A DNA stretch of 63,475 nt from Candidatus Jacksonbacteria bacterium RIFCSPLOWO2_02_FULL_44_20. GTDB lineage: Bacteria > Patescibacteriota > Patescibacteriia > UBA9629. Location of the stretch: assembly GCA_001818155.1 (NCBI GenBank), contig MHJU01000017.1, forward strand, positions 1-63,475. Direction: 5' to 3'. The notes beneath the pieces were generated by a model. The model did no database searches and was not told the DNA's origin. It saw nothing but the letters and a program-made list of their open reading frames with translations. A program made the translations under genes and the position numbers. Below, piece after piece: positions 58,397 to 63,475 of this stretch (position 1 is the stretch's first letter; each line of letters opens with the position of its first letter).

Positions 58397-61286
58397 TTAT
58401 CTTAACTTCACTTCTATACGACTCTCCGTTTTTATCAATCAGAATCGCGTACATTGTATATGAACCAGGAGACGGAGACGTTTTCCATGAAACTCCTATA
58501 GGCTCCTCCGCAATACTTGTAACAGTCCCGATAAGCATCGGATTTCCATTTTTGTCATTATAATACACGTTCACGAGTTCTGCCAGTTCGCTTTTGTCCA
58601 CAAACAACCGCACTGTAAACGGAAACTGATCGCGCGCTATTACTGCGTCTTTTGTGGGAGCAAGAATCGTAACGCCTGGAGTCGCCGGAATAAGCGGACT
58701 TGTCTCTCCTGCTGACTTTCCGCGAGAAAGAGCAATCTCAACCTCTTGTTTGGCGCGATTCCCAGCGTCATCAAACGCTGTAACGGTAATAATATGCGCC
58801 CCATCCGGGATAGACCCAAAATACACTCTTCGCGAGTATGGTAGAAGCCCGGCGCTTTCACGGAACTGCCCGTCAAGCTCATACTCAACTTTTGCAAGAT
58901 GGCGCTTTGCGGTAACATCAATTTCAACTAGCACTGAATCCTCGTGGAGTTCCGCGCGTGGAGCCGGCGAAAGAATCGCTAAATATGGAATGTTTGCCGG
59001 AACATGCGCGTCGTCGTACTCGGTTGGCGGTTTGGTAAGTTTATCGGATGATCCTGATTTTTCCACCCATAGAGTTATGCCTTTCTCCCACTCCGAATAT
59101 TGAGGATCTAGAGATGGCTGCACTGGAGCGGGCCCAAGCGGCGCGGATTTATCTATGTAATGAAAAATGCTGTGAAACTCGGCAAATGACTGCTCTTCAA
59201 TGTATTCGGCTGGCGTGTATTCGGTCGCAAGCTTGCCGCTTACTTTATCAACCTTAACTTTTATCGCGCCATCAAGAGTACCATCCAGTATTGGCTTTCC
59301 TGTAACCGGAATCTCGGGCTTTGGAAACTGAATAACCTCTGTATTTTTGAGAGCGCCCTGCATAAATGCGTTCCATATAGGCGCCGCGGCGCGCGACCCT
59401 CCATCCCCTTTATTCATAGGCGAATTATCGTTATTCCCGGCCCAGACTCCAGCGACAATCTGCGGCGTTCCGCCGATGGTCCAAGCGTCGCGGTAATCGT
59501 TTGTGGTTCCGGTCTTTACAGCGGCCGGACGATTTTTGAGCACAAGCGGCCCGCCCTCTCCAAACACCTGCGCGCGAGCTGAATTATCTTGTAAAATATC
59601 AATTACCATACGCGCAGAGTTTATAGAAAACACGCGCTCGCCATCGCTTTCTTCCCACTCTTCCAAAACATTGGCATTATTTTTTTCAACCCGCATGATT
59701 GAAACCGTCTCTTCCCGCACTCCGTCGTTTATGAGTACCGCAAAGGCGAGAGTGTGTTCAAGGAGTTTCACGCCGCCTCCTCCAAGAGCAAGCGAAAGCC
59801 CGACTTTGCCCGGATCGGTAAGGGTTGTGTATCCAAGCCGAGCCGCGTAGTCCAGCACGGTTTCAACTCCGGCCAAATAGAGCGCCTTCACTGCCGGAAT
59901 ATTGAGCGATCCTGCAAGAGCCGCGCGAATTTTTACAGGGCCCCGAAACTTGCCGTCATAATTTTGGGGCTTGTACTCGGCTCCTTCGCGCGGATCAAAA
60001 TCAGTTTCAACGTCATAAAGAATCGTATCCGGGGTGTAGCCTTTTGTAAACAGCGTCGCGTACACGATCGGCTTAAACGATGAGCCCGGCTGGCGATTCG
60101 CAAGCGCAACGTTAAAATTCCCCTCATGATCAGTGTCAAAATAATCGCGTGAACCGACCATCGCGAGAATCTGCCCGGTTTTTGGATCAATCGCCACGAG
60201 TCCGGCGTTATCCGCGCCTTTTTGGTCATTTGTTTTCGCGCCTTCAGCAACCGCTTTTTCCGCGATCTTTTGCAAATCATAATCAAGCGTTGTGATTACA
60301 TTCAAACCATCGTGTTCCAGCGCAGAATCTCCGTAGCGATGCGCGAGAATTTCCCTGACATACATCACAAAATGCGGCGCCTCTATACGCTCCGGCGATT
60401 TCTTGAAAGCGATTTCCTCGGTGAGAGCTCGGTTCCATTCGTCTTCGCTTATATATCCTTCATTAAGCATTTGTTTTAATATGGCGCGCTGACGATCGAA
60501 AAGCTCATCAGTTTGAGAACCAAAAGGAGATAGTCTCGTTGTGGCTTTCGGGAGCGCGGCGAGAATGGCGGACTGTGAAAGCGTCAAATGTTTAGCGCTC
60601 TTTCCAAAAAATGTCTGCGAGGACTGTTCAATGCCGTACGCGTTTGAACCGTAAGGAATTTGGTTTAAGTAGAGCTCAAGGATTTCATCGCGCGTAAACG
60701 TTTTTTCAATGCGAAACGAAAGAATGATCTCCTTGATTTTGCGTGAGAGAGTTTTCTCGCGCGTTAAGATAAGGTTCTTCACGAGCTGTTGTGTGATTGT
60801 TGAACCCCCGGGACTGGACTCCAAACTATGAGTGCGCAGAAGCCCGAGAATCGCCCGCGCAATTCCTTTGAAATCAATCGCAAGATCGCGCCTGTAAAAA
60901 TCCTGATCTTCGGTTGCGATCGTCGCCCATTTCACAAAATCCGGAATCTCTGCCAAAGAAATGCGCGTTCTGTTCTCCTCGCCGTGAATCGTGTATAAAA
61001 GATGTTCACTGCTTCGGTCATAAATTTTCGTGCTTTCAGGGATTACAATCGAGCCTTTTCGTATTTCTTCAACAGCGGGAAGATCTCGTGAATATACGTA
61101 AAAAAATCCCGCTATCAGCACAACGGACGCAATGCCGCCGATAAGCGCCAAAAGAACCAGCCGACTGGGGAAAGACCCGCCGCTCCTCTTATGGGGAACG
61201 CGAAACTGCCGCGGCGCGTGAAGACGTTGCAAAGGTTTTAACGAGCCAATTTTTCTCGTTCGCCATGTGCGCTGAATAGGAGCCAT
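58386..61286 (-). CDS. Bifunctional penicillin-binding protein 1A with C-terminal Ig-like domains
   Basis: Transglycosylase 'ATED..F', 'GGSTITQQL', 'RKIKE'; transpeptidase SSFK, SLN, KTG. Confidence 0.93.
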   Translation of the reverse strand: MAPIQRTWRTRKIGSLKPLQRLHAPRQFRVPHKRSGGSFPSRLVLLALIGGIASVVLIAGFFYVYSRDLPAVEEIRKGSIVIPESTKIYDRSSEHLLYTIHGEENRTRISLAEIPDFVKWATIATEDQDFYRRDLAIDFKGIARAILGLLRTHSLESSPGGSTITQQLVKNLILTREKTLSRKIKEIILSFRIEKTFTRDEILELYLNQIPYGSNAYGIEQSSQTFFGKSAKHLTLSQSAILAALPKATTRLSPFGSQTDELFDRQRAILKQMLNEGYISEDEWNRALTEEIAFKKSPERIEAPHFVMYVREILAHRYGDSALEHDGLNVITTLDYDLQKIAEKAVAEGAKTNDQKGADNAGLVAIDPKTGQILAMVGSRDYFDTDHEGNFNVALANRQPGSSFKPIVYATLFTKGYTPDTILYDVETDFDPREGAEYKPQNYDGKFRGPVKIRAALAGSLNIPAVKALYLAGVETVLDYAARLGYTTLTDPGKVGLSLALGGGGVKLLEHTLAFAVLINDGVREETVSIMRVEKNNANVLEEWEESDGERVFSINSARMVIDILQDNSARAQVFGEGGPLVLKNRPAAVKTGTTNDYRDAWTIGGTPQIVAGVWAGNNDNSPMNKGDGGSRAAAPIWNAFMQGALKNTEVIQFPKPEIPVTGKPILDGTLDGAIKVKVDKVSGKLATEYTPAEYIEEQSFAEFHSIFHYIDKSAPLGPAPVQPSLDPQYSEWEKGITLWVEKSGSSDKLTKPPTEYDDAHVPANIPYLAILSPAPRAELHEDSVLVEIDVTAKRHLAKVEYELDGQFRESAGLLPYSRRVYFGSIPDGAHIITVTAFDDAGNRAKQEVEIALSRGKSAGETSPLIPATPGVTILAPTKDAVIARDQFPFTVRLFVDKSELAELVNVYYNDKNGNPMLIGTVTSIAEEPIGVSWKTSPSPGSYTMYAILIDKNGESYRSEVKIIVN

Positions 61287-61291
61287 AGTAA

Positions 61292-62551
61292 TTATGTTCT
61301 TACCTGTCCACTGCCTTCTATTACCCATTTATACGTTGTCATTTCTCTAATGCTCATTGGTCCGCGGGCGTGCAGTTTTTGGGTAGAAATGCCGATCTCC
61401 CCGCCTAAGCCAAATTGCGATCCGTCGGTGAATCGTATAGAAACGTTATGATATACACAAGCGGCATCCGCCGTCTCCAAAAACTTTTTGGCTTTCTCGC
61501 GGCTTTCGGTGATAATCGCCTCTGAATGTTTGGTGGAGTGTCTGTTAATATGCTCCAGTGCTTCGTCTATATTATTCACTGTTTTAATAGCCATCTTGAG
61601 AGACAAAAACTCACGATCAAAATCTTTTTTGAGAGCTCTTTTCAAAAAAGGATACTTTAATTTTTCCCAAATCTGATAATTGCTGCTATCGGCAAAAATT
61701 TCTACCTGTTTTAGTTCCAATAAAGAAGCTAGTTCGAACGCTAAACTATGAGCAACTTTTTTATGTACAAGCAGAGTATCCAATGTATTGCACACAGCCG
61801 GACGAGAAACTTTGGCATTATAGACAATTTTGCCCGCCATGTTTATGTCGGCATCTTCATCAACATAAACATGACAGACACCTGCCCCTGTTTCTATTAC
61901 CGGAATCTCGGCATGGACTCTCACAAAGTTGATGAGCCCCGGTCCACCGCGCGGGATTATTAAATCAATAAAATCCTTTGCGGAAAGCAGATGTTTCACT
62001 AATTGCCGCTCACCATGGCCTATGTTCAAAATAAGATCTCCGGAGAACCCCGCTTTTTTAAGCGCTTCTTTCATAATTCTCACAAGCACTTGATTGCTAT
62101 ATCTTGCTTCTTCACCCCCTTTGAGCACTATCGCACTGCCGGCTTTTAGGCAAATGCTCACCACGTCCACGGTAACATTGGGTCTTGACTCGTAAATCAC
62201 GCTTATCACTCCAAAAGGAACTGTGATTTTTTTGATTCTCAAACCGTTTTTTAATGTCCTTTGCTCTAAAATCAGATTCAACGGATCGGAAAGTTTGGCA
62301 ACTGTTTTAATGTCACTGATTATATTTTTTAACCGCTCTTTAGTTAAAAGCAAACGATCGCGTAAGGGATCTTCAGTTTCAACATTCTCTAAGTCCTTCT
62401 TGTTTGCCTCTAAAATGTCCGCTTGATTTTTCTGCAAGGCGCTTGCTATTCCAAGTAAAGCCATGTTTCTCTTTTTGGCTGTTGACAACGCCAGCTCGCG
62501 GCTTGCTTTTTTAACTTGCGCTAATTTTTGAAATAAAACTCGTTTGGACAT
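61292..62551 (-). CDS. proA: Gamma-glutamyl phosphate reductase
   Basis: 'IYESRPNVT', 'IPRGG', 'GAGVCH', 'CN', 'RFTDG..FGLGGEIGISTQKLHARGP'. Confidence 0.96.
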   Translation of the reverse strand: MSKRVLFQKLAQVKKASRELALSTAKKRNMALLGIASALQKNQADILEANKKDLENVETEDPLRDRLLLTKERLKNIISDIKTVAKLSDPLNLILEQRTLKNGLRIKKITVPFGVISVIYESRPNVTVDVVSICLKAGSAIVLKGGEEARYSNQVLVRIMKEALKKAGFSGDLILNIGHGERQLVKHLLSAKDFIDLIIPRGGPGLINFVRVHAEIPVIETGAGVCHVYVDEDADINMAGKIVYNAKVSRPAVCNTLDTLLVHKKVAHSLAFELASLLELKQVEIFADSSNYQIWEKLKYPFLKRALKKDFDREFLSLKMAIKTVNNIDEALEHINRHSTKHSEAIITESREKAKKFLETADAACVYHNVSIRFTDGSQFGLGGEIGISTQKLHARGPMSIREMTTYKWVIEGSGQVRT

Positions 62552-62553
62552 AA

Positions 62554-63387
62554 TTAGCAACGCCTTAAACTTTTTTTCAGTTCTTGCGTCTTATCAAACG
62601 CCGCTTTTACCGCCTGTTTAAAAATTTCATCAAATTTTTGTTCTGTGAAAATTTTAATGGCGGAGGCGGTTGTTCCTCCTTTGGATGTTACGCCAGCGCG
62701 TAAAATTTTTGATTCTATGTCAGTTTGCCGCTCTAAACTCACCGCTCCGGAGATGGTCGTCATAACCAACTCACGAGCTAATTTTTTGGTTAAGCCCAAA
62801 CTCACGGCCGCTTCCTGAAATAACTCTTGGAATAAGAAGACATAAGCCGGACCTGATCCGGAAACGGCTGTCGCCTTGTCTATATCGCCTTCTTTCTCAA
62901 CTTCTATTTCCTTGCCCAAGCTCTGCAATATCTTTCGGACGTACTTTTTTTGATCGGCGCTGATTTCTTTGGCGGACTTCCAAACACTCACACCACAGCC
63001 AATTTGTGCCGGTAAATTTGGCATTGCCCTTACTATTGTCTGGACTCCTAATAATGCTTGAATGTATTTGATGTCAACGCCGGCCATGATAGAAATAATC
63101 AAGGATGATTTTTTAATAAGATATTTTTTCAGCTCTTCCGCTAGGTTTCTAAAGTCCTGCGGTTTAACCGCTAAAACTAAAATCTCACTGTTTTTTATTA
63201 CTTCTTTCTTGTCTAAACTGATATTGATTTTATAATTTTCACGCAGTTTTTTGAGTTTCTCTAAATTGCGGTCGTAAATAAAAATTTGCGATGAACGCAA
63301 AATGTTTGTAACAATCAATCGTTGCGCCAAAATTGACCCCATTACTCCCGCTCCTATTATTCCTACACAAAACTTCAAATTTTTCAT
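62554..63387 (-). CDS. proC: Pyrroline-5-carboxylate reductase
   Basis: 'GAGVMG', 'LAVKPQ', 'RAMPN', 'SGSGPAY', 'VTSKGGTT'. Confidence 0.95.
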   Translation of the reverse strand: MKNLKFCVGIIGAGVMGSILAQRLIVTNILRSSQIFIYDRNLEKLKKLRENYKINISLDKKEVIKNSEILVLAVKPQDFRNLAEELKKYLIKKSSLIISIMAGVDIKYIQALLGVQTIVRAMPNLPAQIGCGVSVWKSAKEISADQKKYVRKILQSLGKEIEVEKEGDIDKATAVSGSGPAYVFLFQELFQEAAVSLGLTKKLARELVMTTISGAVSLERQTDIESKILRAGVTSKGGTTASAIKIFTEQKFDEIFKQAVKAAFDKTQELKKSLRRC

Positions 63388-63411
63388 TTAAGCTGTAAGA
63401 TATCCTAGCGT

Positions 63412-63466
63412 TGTTTACACTTTTCCGCTAGCCTAAGACCATAGGTAGCGATAAAAGTTGTAAACA
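63412..63466. other. Long imperfect inverted repeat upstream of proC
   Basis: TGTTTACA-C-TTTT-CCGCTA-G-CCTA / TAGG-TAGCG-AT-AAAAG-T-TGTAAACA. Confidence 0.6.
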
Positions 63467-63475
63467 CATATGACT

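Noticed and set aside
1..63475. CRISPR array, integrase, transposase, reverse transcriptase/DGR
   Set aside because: No regularly spaced repeats and no ORF with recognisable recombinase, DDE or RT motifs seen
1..63475. Alternative genetic code (TGA = Gly)
   Set aside because: Conserved genes such as trpD and nusA end at TGA at expected lengths, and long ORFs are uninterrupted

Overview
Bacterial chromosomal segment using genetic code 11 (TGA is a stop). Gene content suggests a Patescibacteria/CPR genome, probably Parcubacteria (inference): an array of VirB2/TrbC-like pilins, three AAA_14/DUF4143-type ATPases, a short trigger factor, an H+-PPase and tRNA-Arg(TCG). The housekeeping backbone includes galU, a flippase, hppA, tig, nusA, ruvA, a FemX-like transferase, pilT, an EndoQ-like protein, dnaA with DnaA boxes, a CCA-adding enzyme, rpe, rpiB and PBP1A. 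There are three tRNAs (Ser-CGA, Arg-TCG, Lys-CTT) and amino-acid biosynthesis genes unusual for CPR: trpEGDC interleaved with two toxin-antitoxin pairs, and proC-proA. Best candidates for novel biology: (1) a SAM-methyltransferase / 7TM histidine kinase / receiver operon resembling phcBSR quorum sensing, where the methyltransferase and only the sensor domain are AT-rich, like a swapped specificity cassette; (2) a cobalamin-riboswitch-like leader with a terminator in front of a secreted prenyltransferase-repeat protein, a candidate B12 scavenger; (3) an ~8 kb defence-like island that splits an ABC-2 exporter and carries a PIF1-WYL helicase with an ERCC4 nuclease and a 1514-aa SF1 helicase-nuclease between type III RM remnants. 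All family calls come from motif recognition by eye; no searches were run.
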